This document shows, one piece after another, positions 48,096 through 57,081 of a DNA stretch of 64,000 bases (positions within the stretch are counted from its first letter, which is position 1; every line of letters starts with the position of its first letter). A program made the translations under genes and the position numbers. The stretch is from a virus (lineage: Duplodnaviria > Heunggongvirae > Uroviricota > Caudoviricetes): IMG/VR virus record IMGVR_UViG_3300025896_000021, one strand, 5' to 3'. The notes below the pieces were generated by a model. That model was not told where the DNA came from and searched no databases. It was given only the letters and a program-made list of their open reading frames with translations.

Positions 48096-49112
48096 ATGAG
48101 TTTTCCGTATATCGTTCAAGGTAATAACATTACCGTAGTGATTGGCAACAAGCCACACACAATTAGTAAATCACACATCACCTATCAAAAGGTGTTGGAT
48201 GCTATCAAGGCAAGTGATTGGGACTTGGTTAAGAATATCATCGAGCCTATCAAGGTTGTGTTGAATTTTGGTGCTGGTAACGTAAGTGTCCAGGGTGAGG
48301 AATTGTTCTGGAAAGGCAAACCAATGCACAATGCATTGACTAGCCGAATGATTGCAATGTTGCAAGATGGCTTCCCAGTTGAACCTCTCGTGGCGTTCAT
48401 GGAAAACTTGATGGCTAACCCATCTAAGCGGGCTGTCACTGAGTTGTATGGCTTCTTGGAAAAGAACAGTTTGCCAATCACTCCTGATGGTTGCTTCTTG
48501 GCTTACAAGAAAGTTCGCAGCGATTACATGGACATTCACAGTGGTACCTTTAACAACAGTGTTGGTTACATCTGTGAAATGGAACGCAACGAAGTTGACG
48601 ACAACAAGGATCAAACTTGTAGTACTGGTTTGCACTTCTGCTCACAGGAATATCTGCCACACTTTGGTAATGGTTCTGACAGCCGTGTTATGATTTTGAA
48701 AATCAATCCTGCTGATGTGGTCTCTATCCCTAGCGACTATAACAACGCTAAGGGTCGTACATGCAAGTACGAAGTTATCGGTGAAATCGGTAATGATGGT
48801 GATGAAGTTGATACTGCATTTTCTAAGCCGGTGCAAAGTAACGCAAGTAACAACATTCATAAGCCAGTAGTAACTGCTCCTAAGACTGGCTCTAGTGAAT
48901 TCTATCGTGGTTACACTGATGGCTACGAAGAATTCAATGAGCACAACCCTGGTGTTCGTTACAACAGGGACTACGAAGAAGGCTTTAGTAAAGGTACGGA
49001 CGATTTTGAATGGGGAGTCGCCCCTCGGTATCAATACGTGACCGTCGCAAAGACTGCCCCAGTATCAAACGCAGCAGATGGTCCTTGGCCCTTCCCTAAT
49101 GAAATGGGTTAA
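48096..49112 (+). CDS. rIIB: rIIB-like protein (about 338 aa)
   Basis: Follows rIIA with an AAGGAG RBS. The call rests on size and position only. Confidence 0.45.
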   Translation: MSFPYIVQGNNITVVIGNKPHTISKSHITYQKVLDAIKASDWDLVKNIIEPIKVVLNFGAGNVSVQGEELFWKGKPMHNALTSRMIAMLQDGFPVEPLVAFMENLMANPSKRAVTELYGFLEKNSLPITPDGCFLAYKKVRSDYMDIHSGTFNNSVGYICEMERNEVDDNKDQTCSTGLHFCSQEYLPHFGNGSDSRVMILKINPADVVSIPSDYNNAKGRTCKYEVIGEIGNDGDEVDTAFSKPVQSNASNNIHKPVVTAPKTGSSEFYRGYTDGYEEFNEHNPGVRYNRDYEEGFSKGTDDFEWGVAPRYQYVTVAKTAPVSNAADGPWPFPNEMG

Positions 49113-49116
49113 GTAG

Positions 49117-49147
49117 AAAAAGAGTACTTCGGTACTCTTTTTTTCGG
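49117..49147 (+). terminator. Rho-independent terminator AGAGTAC-TTCG-GTACTCT plus T7
   Basis: 7-bp stem, tetraloop, TTTTTTT tail. An identical element lies at 55038. Confidence 0.6.
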
Positions 49148-49156
49148 GTTAAAAGG

Positions 49157-49185
49157 TTGACAGTAAATGGATGGTATGATATACT
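49157..49185 (+). promoter_or_regulatory. Promoter TTGACA-17-TATACT
   Basis: Immediately follows the terminator; about 30 nt upstream of the HD-domain gene. Confidence 0.6.
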
Positions 49186-49215
49186 GTAAGTACAGTAAGA
49201 GAAAGGGCACAAATT

Positions 49216-49659
49216 ATGAAAAAAGGTCACATGTTAGCTACAATGCTTGTCATTGTTACAAACGCACATGACGGTCAATTTGACAAAGGCGGAGCTCCTT
49301 ACATTCTGCACCCTCTGAAAGTTATGCATTACCTGAAAAGTGATGACGAGGAACTGATGTGCATGGCTCTTGGTCATGATGTAATTGAAGACACTTCGGT
49401 GACTTACAAGGACCTTCGTGATGCTGGTATCAGTGAAAGAGTTATTGATGGTATCTGGAGACTGACCAAGCAACCCGGTCAAACTCTTGAGGAATACAAA
49501 GAAGGTGTCTTTGCGAACGTAGATGCAATGCGTGTCAAGATGGCTGATTTACGTCACAACACTGATATCCGTCGATTGAAAGGTGTGACTGAAAAAGACA
49601 TTGCTAGGATGGCAAAGTATCATACTTTTTACATGGAAATCAAAGCAAGATTGGGTTGA
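49216..49659 (+). CDS. HD-domain hydrolase, RelA/SpoT-type (small alarmone hydrolase-like)
   Basis: H...HD motif: ALGHDVIEDT resembles the (p)ppGpp hydrolase domain of Rel/SpoT/Mesh1. Confidence 0.65.
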   Translation: MKKGHMLATMLVIVTNAHDGQFDKGGAPYILHPLKVMHYLKSDDEELMCMALGHDVIEDTSVTYKDLRDAGISERVIDGIWRLTKQPGQTLEEYKEGVFANVDAMRVKMADLRHNTDIRRLKGVTEKDIARMAKYHTFYMEIKARLG

Positions 49660-49925
49660 GAATATGCACTATAGAATGACTACATACGAACGTATAGCCG
49701 AAAAACTACTGAAGGGTCAGCCAAAAGCTAAACCTTTCGGTATGTTGTGCGGCAACAAGTTTTTGACAGGGACCAAAAGCCTGCATCGGACAAAGCAGTC
49801 AAGAGTTTGGAGACTTTTCTGGCGATTAAAGTTTGACAGAAAAAGTAAAGTCTGATATAATAAGATAAATAAACATACAAGCAACGAGATAGACTCCGCG
49901 CTGACATTATTGAAAGGATTTTTCA

Positions 49926-50951
49926 ATGTCAAAAAAGTACGATACCCTAGTCCTCATTGGACGCTTTCAACCATTTCACACTGCTCACTTACTATTGGCA
50001 GGTCGTGCAACTGCACTAGCTGACAATTTGATCTTTATCTGCGGTAGTGCTAATCAGCCCCGCACTTATAAGAATCCGTTTACCTTTGATGAACGTAGGC
50101 AAATGATTAAGTATGCCACAAATGGCTTCAGTGGTACACTAACAGTTAGTGTAGAACCTAACCCAGATACAATTTACAACGACCAAGCATGGGCAGTTCG
50201 TGTACAGGCATTGGTTGCTAAACACACTAAGCCCGGTGACAAAATTGGTATCATCGGTCACAGAAAAGACCCAAGCTCATTCTACTTAGACATGTTCCCT
50301 CAATGGGGCTTTGAAGAAGTTGAATTGCTAGAGCCACTTGATGCTACTGACATTCGCAGTTTGTATTTCAAGCGTGATGTGAATATGAATTTTATCCGTA
50401 ACGTTGTTCCTCCTACTACTTTTGACTTCTTGGAACAATTCAAAGAGTCCAAAGAATACGAACAAGTTATCCGTGAGCGTGAGTTTTTGATTGAGAACGC
50501 AAAACAATATTCTAGCTTGAAATACCCTCCTATTTTCTCTACTGCGGATGCTGTCGTGATTCAATCAGGGCATGTACTAATGATTAAACGCCGTGCTGAA
50601 CCAGGTCGTGGCTTGTGGGCATTGCCCGGTGGTTATGTTAACGCAAACACTGACAAGACTGTATTGGATGCGGCTATTCGTGAATTGCGTGAAGAAACAT
50701 TAATCAAAGTGCCCGGTCCTGTACTGCGCGGTAGTATTGTTGACAATCGTGTGTTTGATGCTGTGGATCGCTCACCACGTGGTCGTATTATCACACACTG
50801 TTTCAAAATCGTATTGCCCGACGGTGAGTTGCCAAAAGTAAAAGGCAGTGACGATGCTGAAAAAGCACGATGGGTTCCTATCGCAGAGGTGCGTAGTGAA
50901 GAATGTTTTGAAGACCACTATGACATGGTCATGTGGGCAGTTGGAGCTTGA
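49926..50951 (+). CDS. natV: Bifunctional NMN adenylyltransferase / Nudix hydrolase (NatV-like)
   Basis: N-terminal LIGRFQPFHTAH (HxGH nucleotidyltransferase); C-terminal Nudix box GGYVNANTDKTVLDAAIRELREETLI. Confidence 0.85.
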   Translation: MSKKYDTLVLIGRFQPFHTAHLLLAGRATALADNLIFICGSANQPRTYKNPFTFDERRQMIKYATNGFSGTLTVSVEPNPDTIYNDQAWAVRVQALVAKHTKPGDKIGIIGHRKDPSSFYLDMFPQWGFEEVELLEPLDATDIRSLYFKRDVNMNFIRNVVPPTTFDFLEQFKESKEYEQVIREREFLIENAKQYSSLKYPPIFSTADAVVIQSGHVLMIKRRAEPGRGLWALPGGYVNANTDKTVLDAAIRELREETLIKVPGPVLRGSIVDNRVFDAVDRSPRGRIITHCFKIVLPDGELPKVKGSDDAEKARWVPIAEVRSEECFEDHYDMVMWAVGA

Positions 50952-50952
50952 T

Positions 50953-51177
50953 ATGAACGAACGAATTAAAGAACTTGCTGAACAGGCTGGCGCTGGCCGA
51001 AGGGCAGGCATTAGCGGGCTTGTATTTCGTAACAATGAATTAGAAAAGTTCGCCGAGTTGATTGTTCGGGAATGTTTGAGCATTGTTGAACCTACAGAAG
51101 ACAGTGGTGACGAATGGTGCGTTACTCTTAAAGGAACTGCACAAGAGATTAAAGAACATTTCGGAGTTGAAGAATGA
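50953..51177 (+). CDS. Small protein of the MNERIKELAEQAG...KFAELIVREC...HFGVEE family (74 aa)
   Basis: Trimmed to the MNERIKELAEQAG ATG just after the natV stop. Confidence 0.5.
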   Translation: MNERIKELAEQAGAGRRAGISGLVFRNNELEKFAELIVRECLSIVEPTEDSGDEWCVTLKGTAQEIKEHFGVEE

Positions 51178-51344
51178 TTATATTTGATAAAGAGTATATT
51201 GGTGAATCCGTTGTAGATATGGATCGTGATGTTAATGAATTCTTTTCTGATTCATTGATTGACGATTTTGATATTCCGCAAGATGACAACGGTATCATGC
51301 AAGGTAGCTTTCGTGTAACAGTACAGTGGATTCCAGCAAAATGA
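51174..51344 (+). CDS. Hypothetical acidic protein (about 56 aa)
   Basis: Read by hand; ATGA-coupled to both neighbours. Confidence 0.35.
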   Translation: MIIFDKEYIGESVVDMDRDVNEFFSDSLIDDFDIPQDDNGIMQGSFRVTVQWIPAK

Positions 51345-51538
51345 CAACACAACATTACAATCGTTTAGAAAACGGACCAATGGACGAGATTGACGCTGCA
51401 ATTTGGAGCGGAGACTTGTTCCACAATCGTGCAAACATTGCTGAATTCCGTGAACAGATGGCACGATGGGAACGAGGTTTGCAATCGTGTGAAGATATAC
51501 TAAGTGAAGTACCGGAGAGGTCGAATGATGGCAAATGA
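51341..51538 (+). CDS. Hypothetical protein (about 65 aa)
   Basis: Internal ATG of the track ORF 51326, overlapping the upstream stop. Confidence 0.4.
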   Translation: MTTQHYNRLENGPMDEIDAAIWSGDLFHNRANIAEFREQMARWERGLQSCEDILSEVPERSNDGK

Positions 51539-52106
51539 AACAATTGTTACAGTAGCAGACAAACTAAAAATGGCGGCAGAAGCCGGAATTATATTTCCAC
51601 ACTATACAAACACAGATAACCCAATTGACTTTCCAATGAATATCGATAAACTAAAACATACAAAAGGTAACCTACTTGACCTAGCAGAAGCAGGTGAGTT
51701 TGATATTATTGTGCAGGGCTGTAACTGCTTTAACACAATGGGCGGCGGCATTGCCCGAGAGATTGCAGAACGCTATCCCATGTGTCAAGAAATTGACCGA
51801 CTAACCGAACGTGGCGAACATATGAAGTTAGGCAATTGGACAGAGTTTGATTCTGGTAAATTCACTATCATCAACGCCTACACTCAATACAATATGAGTC
51901 AAGGTACAGATGTTTTTGAGTATGTGGCATTTGAATTGATTTTGCTAAAACTCATTCATGTGTATGGTGACAAGCGAATCGGCTTACCCTACATTGGCAT
52001 GGGACTTGCAGGTGGTGATAAGGATGCTATCATTAGTATGATTGAAGCATTTGCATACGGTGTTGCTGCCAAAGGTGGCTCCGTTACCCTAGTAGAATTT
52101 GCATGA
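51525..52106 (+). CDS. Macro-domain protein (ADP-ribose binding/processing)
   Basis: FDIIVQGCNCFNTMGGGIAREIAERYP matches macro-domain glycine-rich motif 1. Confidence 0.65.
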   Translation: MMANETIVTVADKLKMAAEAGIIFPHYTNTDNPIDFPMNIDKLKHTKGNLLDLAEAGEFDIIVQGCNCFNTMGGGIAREIAERYPMCQEIDRLTERGEHMKLGNWTEFDSGKFTIINAYTQYNMSQGTDVFEYVAFELILLKLIHVYGDKRIGLPYIGMGLAGGDKDAIISMIEAFAYGVAAKGGSVTLVEFA

Positions 52107-52333
52107 ACAGCAAGCAACGTCGGCAATCAGAACGAAATCATCCACATACAATCGTGTTGAAACAACCTAACAACATGCGATATTTTGAATGGGATGATCA
52201 TCTATACACACTGAAAGTTTGGTGCAATAAGAATGCACAAGCAGGTTGGAAACAACAAGAAAGTTTTCAAGCTGCTAACTTTAGATTTACTAAACACAAG
52301 GACGCAATGATATTTGCCCTAAAGTGGTTGTAA
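52103..52333 (+). CDS. Hypothetical protein (76 aa)
   Basis: ORF track. Confidence 0.4.
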   Translation: MNSKQRRQSERNHPHTIVLKQPNNMRYFEWDDHLYTLKVWCNKNAQAGWKQQESFQAANFRFTKHKDAMIFALKWL

Positions 52334-52337
52334 AAGG

Positions 52338-52366
52338 TTGACATAAAAATGGTTTTATGTTATACT
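52338..52366 (+). promoter_or_regulatory. Promoter TTGACA-17-TATACT
   Basis: Upstream of nadV. Confidence 0.55.
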
Positions 52367-52422
52367 GTTATTAAGTCCTAGAGATAGACTCTAGGCAATT
52401 TAGAAAATAAAGGAACTTTATT

Positions 52423-53856
52423 ATGAAACTCGCAAAAAACATTATCCTCAATTCGGATAGCTACAAATACAGTCAATTCAACCAGTATCCAGCAGGTACT
52501 GAGTATGTTTACTCTTACATTGAATCGCGCGGCGGACAATGGAACGATACAGTCTATTTTGGACTGCAAGCATTTATTAAAGAGTATCTCACCACCCCAA
52601 TTACAAAGGAAGACATTGATGTTGCAGAAGCCATTATCACAGCGCACGGCGAACCGTTCAATCGAGCGGGTTGGGACTATATCTTGGAAGCCCATGGTGG
52701 ACGACTCCCCGTCGTTATCAAGAGCGCCCCAGAGGGACTTATCATCCCCACAAAAAATGTGTTGGCTACTATCGAAAACACCGATCCAAAATGCTTCTGG
52801 CTTACAAGTTTCCTAGAAACTGCATTGCTCCGCGCAATTTGGTATCCTACTACTGTAGCAACTAATAGCTACGAATCTAAAAAAATTATCCTTGCTGCAT
52901 TGGAGAAAACAGGTGACCCTACTCTTATCGATTTTAAGTTGCATGACTTTGGCTCTCGCGGTGTTTCTTCTATGGAGTCAGCGGGACTCGGCGGAGCAGC
53001 CCACCTCATTAATTTTATGGGGTCGGACACTGTATCCGCTTTACTTGTTGCTCGGGAGTATTACAATGCTGATATCGCTGGATTTAGTATCCCAGCTATG
53101 GAGCACTCTACAGTAACATCATGGGGAAAAGAAAATGAAGTTGACGCATACCGCAACATGGTCAAACAAAATGCCAAGCAAGGTGGCATCTTTGCAGCAG
53201 TCTCGGACAGCTACGACATTTACCAAGCCTGCGAACTCTGGGGCACCGTACTCAAACAAGACGTCCTTGACAGTGGCGCAACTTTGGTCGTCCGCCCAGA
53301 CTCGGGTAACCCCAGTGATGTGGTTGTAAAGTGTTTGTACATTCTTGAAAAACATTTTGGTTCTACTACTAATGCTAAAGGCTACCGTGTACTAAACCCA
53401 GCAGTGCGTATCCTTCAGGGTGATGGTATCAATCACGCTAGCATCCACAGCATTTTGTTCTGTATGGAAATCGCAGGGTTCTCAGCAGACAACGTGGCGT
53501 TCGGTCAAGGTGGTGCATTGCTGCAACAAGTAAACCGTGACACAATGCAGTGGGCAATGAAGTGCAGTGCAGTTGGTATTCGTGAATGGGTAGAAGACGG
53601 TGATCAAGGGTCAGGATGGAAACTTACCTGGCGCGATGTGTACAAAGACCCCGTCACTGACAGTGGCAAGCGTAGCAAGCGTGGTCGTGTTACACTTTGG
53701 GAATCAGGTGGCGAATATCAATCATCGGTTACTATGCCAATGGGATGGACTGATAAAGGTACGGTTTGGACTGAGGTTCTTGAAGAAGTCTACCGTGATG
53801 GTGCTCTTGTAAAAGAAATCACCTTTGAAGAAGTTCGGGCAAACGCTCGTAAATAA
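52423..53856 (+). CDS. nadV: Nicotinamide phosphoribosyltransferase (NadV/NAMPT)
   Basis: N-terminal NIILNSDSYKYSQF and overall NAMPT-like sequence (477 aa). Confidence 0.85.
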   Translation: MKLAKNIILNSDSYKYSQFNQYPAGTEYVYSYIESRGGQWNDTVYFGLQAFIKEYLTTPITKEDIDVAEAIITAHGEPFNRAGWDYILEAHGGRLPVVIKSAPEGLIIPTKNVLATIENTDPKCFWLTSFLETALLRAIWYPTTVATNSYESKKIILAALEKTGDPTLIDFKLHDFGSRGVSSMESAGLGGAAHLINFMGSDTVSALLVAREYYNADIAGFSIPAMEHSTVTSWGKENEVDAYRNMVKQNAKQGGIFAAVSDSYDIYQACELWGTVLKQDVLDSGATLVVRPDSGNPSDVVVKCLYILEKHFGSTTNAKGYRVLNPAVRILQGDGINHASIHSILFCMEIAGFSADNVAFGQGGALLQQVNRDTMQWAMKCSAVGIREWVEDGDQGSGWKLTWRDVYKDPVTDSGKRSKRGRVTLWESGGEYQSSVTMPMGWTDKGTVWTEVLEEVYRDGALVKEITFEEVRANARK

Positions 53857-53860
53857 AACA

Positions 53861-53898
53861 ATGAGGGCCTTGACAAGCCCTCATTTTTATAGTATACT
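53861..53898 (+). terminator. Terminator hairpin ATGAGGGC...GCCCTCAT plus T5, with an embedded TTGACA-17-TATACT promoter
   Basis: 8-bp stem. The loop contains TTGACA, and TATACT lies 17 nt downstream, so the element doubles as a promoter. Confidence 0.5.
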
Positions 53899-53931
53899 GT
53901 ACACACATTAACACACAATAGAGAATTTAAA

Positions 53932-55023
53932 ATGAGCTATTTTCTGAAATCTGGTAACACGTTCCGAGTGTCTTCAAAAGAGGCAATGGACTTGCATGAC
54001 TATTTGCCCGCCGGCAATTACACCATCAAAGCAGATATGATGGGTAATCTGTTCCTAGAACAGATTGAGTCCTTTGAGATTAAGGGCAAGCGTTACGGCG
54101 ATCTGGACAGTAACACTGACCGTATCATCAGTACCTTCATGTCACGTGCAGCTAGCACTGGCGTAATGCTGACTGGTGAAAAAGGTTCTGGTAAAAGTTT
54201 GCTTGCCAAAGCATTGAGTATCCAAACTGCTACGATGGGTATCCCAACTATTGTTATCAATCAGCCGTGGACTGGTGATAAGTTCAATCAACTTATTCAA
54301 TCTATTGAGCAACCTTGTATGGTGTTGTTTGACGAGTTTGAAAAAGTCTACAGTTCTGATGACCAAGAAGCAATGTTGACATTGTTGGATGGTGTGTTCC
54401 CAAGCAAGAAATTGTTTGTGATTACATGTAACGACAAATGGCGGGTTGACAGTCACATGCGTAATCGTCCTGGTCGTATTTTCTACATGCTGGACTACAA
54501 GGGTTTGACACAGGATTTCATCATTGAATACTGTAATGACAACTTGAACGACAAGAGCCATATTGAACGTATCTGTGCTATCACAAGTTTGTTCAGCCAA
54601 TTCAACTTTGATATGCTTAAGGCATTGGTTGAAGAAATGAATCGTTACAACGAACCTCCAGAAGCTGCATTGCGTATGCTTAACGTCAAGCCAGAGTTTG
54701 ACAGTGGTAACAAATACAATGTGTCGTTGACAATCAAGGGTGTGCCAGTTGAACCCGACAAGCTCAATAACAAAGAATGGAAAGGTAATCCTTTGCAAGC
54801 TGAAATTGAAATCGGCTACAAGCGTATGCTTCCACCTGACCCCACTGATGACGAGGATGATGCTGATAATAACTACGATTGGGAAGAAGCACACTTTGTT
54901 CCAGCTGACTTGCAAAAGATTGATCCACAATCTGGTACATTCATCTTCATGAACAAAGAAGGTGAATCAGTGACTTTGACCAAAGTCAAAGAAAAGACTT
55001 ACAGCTACATGGATGCATTCTGA
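53932..55023 (+). CDS. AAA+ ATPase (363 aa)
   Basis: Walker A GEKGSGKS; Walker B MVLFDEFEK. Confidence 0.6.
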   Translation: MSYFLKSGNTFRVSSKEAMDLHDYLPAGNYTIKADMMGNLFLEQIESFEIKGKRYGDLDSNTDRIISTFMSRAASTGVMLTGEKGSGKSLLAKALSIQTATMGIPTIVINQPWTGDKFNQLIQSIEQPCMVLFDEFEKVYSSDDQEAMLTLLDGVFPSKKLFVITCNDKWRVDSHMRNRPGRIFYMLDYKGLTQDFIIEYCNDNLNDKSHIERICAITSLFSQFNFDMLKALVEEMNRYNEPPEAALRMLNVKPEFDSGNKYNVSLTIKGVPVEPDKLNNKEWKGNPLQAEIEIGYKRMLPPDPTDDEDDADNNYDWEEAHFVPADLQKIDPQSGTFIFMNKEGESVTLTKVKEKTYSYMDAF

Positions 55024-55037
55024 TCGGTAGCATATAG

Positions 55038-55066
55038 GAAAGAGTACTTCGGTACTCTTTTTTTTG
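55038..55066 (+). terminator. Rho-independent terminator AGAGTAC-TTCG-GTACTCT plus T9
   Basis: Identical stem-loop to the 49117 element. Confidence 0.6.
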
Positions 55067-55067
55067 G

Positions 55068-55096
55068 TTGACATTTAATCAATTTGGGTGTATAAT
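55068..55096 (+). promoter_or_regulatory. Early promoter, TTGACA-17-TATAAT
   Basis: TTGACAtttaatcaatttgggtgTATAAT directly after the terminator. Confidence 0.7.
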
Positions 55097-55128
55097 GTAT
55101 CTTTACACAGACACACTGGAGATGGTTA

Positions 55129-55665
55129 ATGAGCAAAGTCCTAATCGGCGTCACTTGTACTGCACTGGTCGCGGTACTTGGAGTTCAACAATATCAACTG
55201 GCAACAATTTCACAGGATGTAGCTGAAATTAAACAAGCATTCATTACTCAAACGAATGAGCAGGTTGCATTCACTGAAAAAGACCAAGATTGTTTAGCTA
55301 AAAATGTTTACTACGAAGCTGGCATTGAAAGTGAAAAAGGCAAATATGCAGTCGCACAAGTTACACTCAACCGATTGAAATCCGGTAAATGGGGTAACAG
55401 CGTTTGCAGCGTAGTCCATGCAAAAAGTCAGTTTTCCTGGACATTGAAAAAGAAGTTAGAGAAACCTAGTGGCACGGCGTGGGCTGATAGTCAATGGGTC
55501 GCTCACCGAGTATTGCACGGAGATCGGGTTACACCTCTTAAGGACGCAATGTTCTACCATGCTGAATACGTCAGTCCAAAGTGGCGTGATCCTGTTGCAA
55601 AAATACAACAGATTGGTCAGCACATCTTCTATACCAAAGCAAAAATGAAGGTAACCAATATTTGA
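55129..55665 (+). CDS. SleB-like cell-wall hydrolase (Hydrolase_2 family) with N-terminal signal-anchor; candidate SAR-type endolysin
   Basis: N-terminal TM segment VLIGVTCTALVAVLGV. CLAKNVYYEAG...AVAQVTLNRLKS matches the SleB-family core. Confidence 0.6.
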   Translation: MSKVLIGVTCTALVAVLGVQQYQLATISQDVAEIKQAFITQTNEQVAFTEKDQDCLAKNVYYEAGIESEKGKYAVAQVTLNRLKSGKWGNSVCSVVHAKSQFSWTLKKKLEKPSGTAWADSQWVAHRVLHGDRVTPLKDAMFYHAEYVSPKWRDPVAKIQQIGQHIFYTKAKMKVTNI

Positions 55666-55690
55666 CGTTAAATGGGTTTGGTGATATAAT
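55662..55690 (+). promoter_or_regulatory. Early promoter, TTGACG-17-TATAAT (conserved-spacer family)
   Basis: Followed by leader agaatcttaaacagtcaagaggag. Confidence 0.75.
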
Positions 55691-55720
55691 AGAATCTTAA
55701 ACAGTCAAGAGGAGTTCAAG

Positions 55721-55939
55721 ATGGGTTACAAGATCGTTGCAGACAAAGACACAATGGACATGATGCGTACAAAGTACGGTCCTCGCAAAGGTCTTGAGGG
55801 CCCGTTCAACTTCTCGGGACGAGTGTTGTATTATGACAACAAAGAAGGTCAGTACTACGATCCTACTACCGACTTCTATCTGGAACAAAGTGAAATGGAC
55901 ATGATCCACAAACGGATCACTGACATTCTCAAGGCTTGA
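55721..55939 (+). CDS. Hypothetical small early protein (72 aa)
   Basis: ORF track. Confidence 0.5.
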   Translation: MGYKIVADKDTMDMMRTKYGPRKGLEGPFNFSGRVLYYDNKEGQYYDPTTDFYLEQSEMDMIHKRITDILKA

Positions 55940-55964
55940 CATTAAATGGTTTTGGGTATATAAT
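55936..55964 (+). promoter_or_regulatory. Early promoter, TTGACA-17-TATAAT (conserved-spacer family)
   Basis: TTGACAttaaatggttttgggtaTATAAT. Confidence 0.75.
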
Positions 55965-55997
55965 ACATACATAGACAGTTAATTAAAGGACACGAAA

Positions 55998-56297
55998 ATG
56001 CAAGCACTCACAGAACGTCAAAAAACTCTCATTGTCAATAACGTGGTCAAGGCAGTGAAAAACATTGATAACCTGAACAAGACTGGTTACAACTTTTTGT
56101 ATCTGTGCAGTGGTTTCATTGCACACTATGACATGTACGGTTTCATCTCCAACTATTCTGATGGTACTTTGGAACAAGATATCCTGTCCTATGCAGGTCA
56201 GAATCAATGGAAAAACTTTCGTCCCGGCGAACGTGATTACGAATACTACATGGCAAAGGCCGATGTTTACAATCGGATCCTCGCAGAAATCGCTTGA
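55998..56297 (+). CDS. Hypothetical small early protein (99 aa)
   Basis: ORF track. Confidence 0.5.
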   Translation: MQALTERQKTLIVNNVVKAVKNIDNLNKTGYNFLYLCSGFIAHYDMYGFISNYSDGTLEQDILSYAGQNQWKNFRPGERDYEYYMAKADVYNRILAEIA

Positions 56298-56322
56298 CAT
56301 TAAATGGTTTTGGGTATATAAT
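56294..56322 (+). promoter_or_regulatory. Early promoter, TTGACA-17-TATAAT (conserved-spacer family)
   Basis: Overlaps the stop of the upstream ORF; leader agaatcttagacagtaaagaaaaggac. Confidence 0.75.
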
Positions 56323-56354
56323 AGAATCTTAGACAGTAAAGAAAAGGACTCAAA

Positions 56355-56600
56355 ATGTTAGTTATCAAGCGTTTCAAACAGACCCAGAAGTTTCGTGTTA
56401 TCGTTGGTCCAGCATGTTTCTATTCTACCGCTAAACAGATTCGCAATAATGTCGGTGACTTTTACAAGTGCAATGCTGCTACTCAAAAGGCGCTTGATGC
56501 ACTAGAATTCACCCGCTCCGGAGATGGAATCGCTGACCAATGTGCATGCGGTATCGCTGGAACTTGGGAAGATTTGGCAATTCAGTTGACTATGGCTTGA
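56355..56600 (+). CDS. Hypothetical small early protein (81 aa)
   Basis: ORF track. Confidence 0.5.
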   Translation: MLVIKRFKQTQKFRVIVGPACFYSTAKQIRNNVGDFYKCNAATQKALDALEFTRSGDGIADQCACGIAGTWEDLAIQLTMA

Positions 56601-56625
56601 CATTAAATGGTTTTGGTGATATAAT
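56597..56625 (+). promoter_or_regulatory. Early promoter, TTGACA-17-TATAAT (conserved-spacer family)
   Basis: Leader agaatcttaaacagtcaaaaggaaatc. Confidence 0.75.
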
Positions 56626-56655
56626 AGAATCTTAAACAGTCAAAAGGAAATCAAA

Positions 56656-57081
56656 ATGTCTACTCGTTCAGCAATTGGTGTGATGCATGGTGATGTGTGT
56701 AAAGCAATTTACTGTCATTCTGACGGCTACTTGAGCTACAATGGCAAGGTCCTGCTTGCTAACTATGATTCGTCCAAGGCTAACTTCTTGGTTGCAATGG
56801 GTGACATGAGCGTGTTGGGCAAAGAAATCGGCGAGAAAATTGACTTCAACGACCGCATGGTTTACGAAGGTGACAACATTGCTAAACAATGTCGTTTCTA
56901 TGGTCGTGATCGCGGTGAGACTGGTATCGAGTTCAAAACATTTTTCAATGACCAAGAGTTGTTTGAGGGCATTGACGCTGAATATTTCTACGTGATGAAA
57001 GACGGTGTCTGGTTCGTGAGTGAAGGTGCAGAGTGGACCGTGTTGAGCGAGGCTCTTGCTAAAGAAATGGCGGCTGCATAA
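56656..57081 (+). CDS. Hypothetical protein (141 aa)
   Basis: ORF track. Confidence 0.5.
   Translation: MSTRSAIGVMHGDVCKAIYCHSDGYLSYNGKVLLANYDSSKANFLVAMGDMSVLGKEIGEKIDFNDRMVYEGDNIAKQCRFYGRDRGETGIEFKTFFNDQELFEGIDAEYFYVMKDGVWFVSEGAEWTVLSEALAKEMAAA

Noticed and set aside
54142-54930. 262-aa antisense ORF inside the AAA+ ATPase gene
   Set aside because: The forward strand has clear Walker A/B motifs. The antisense translation has no features, and this region is otherwise + strand only.
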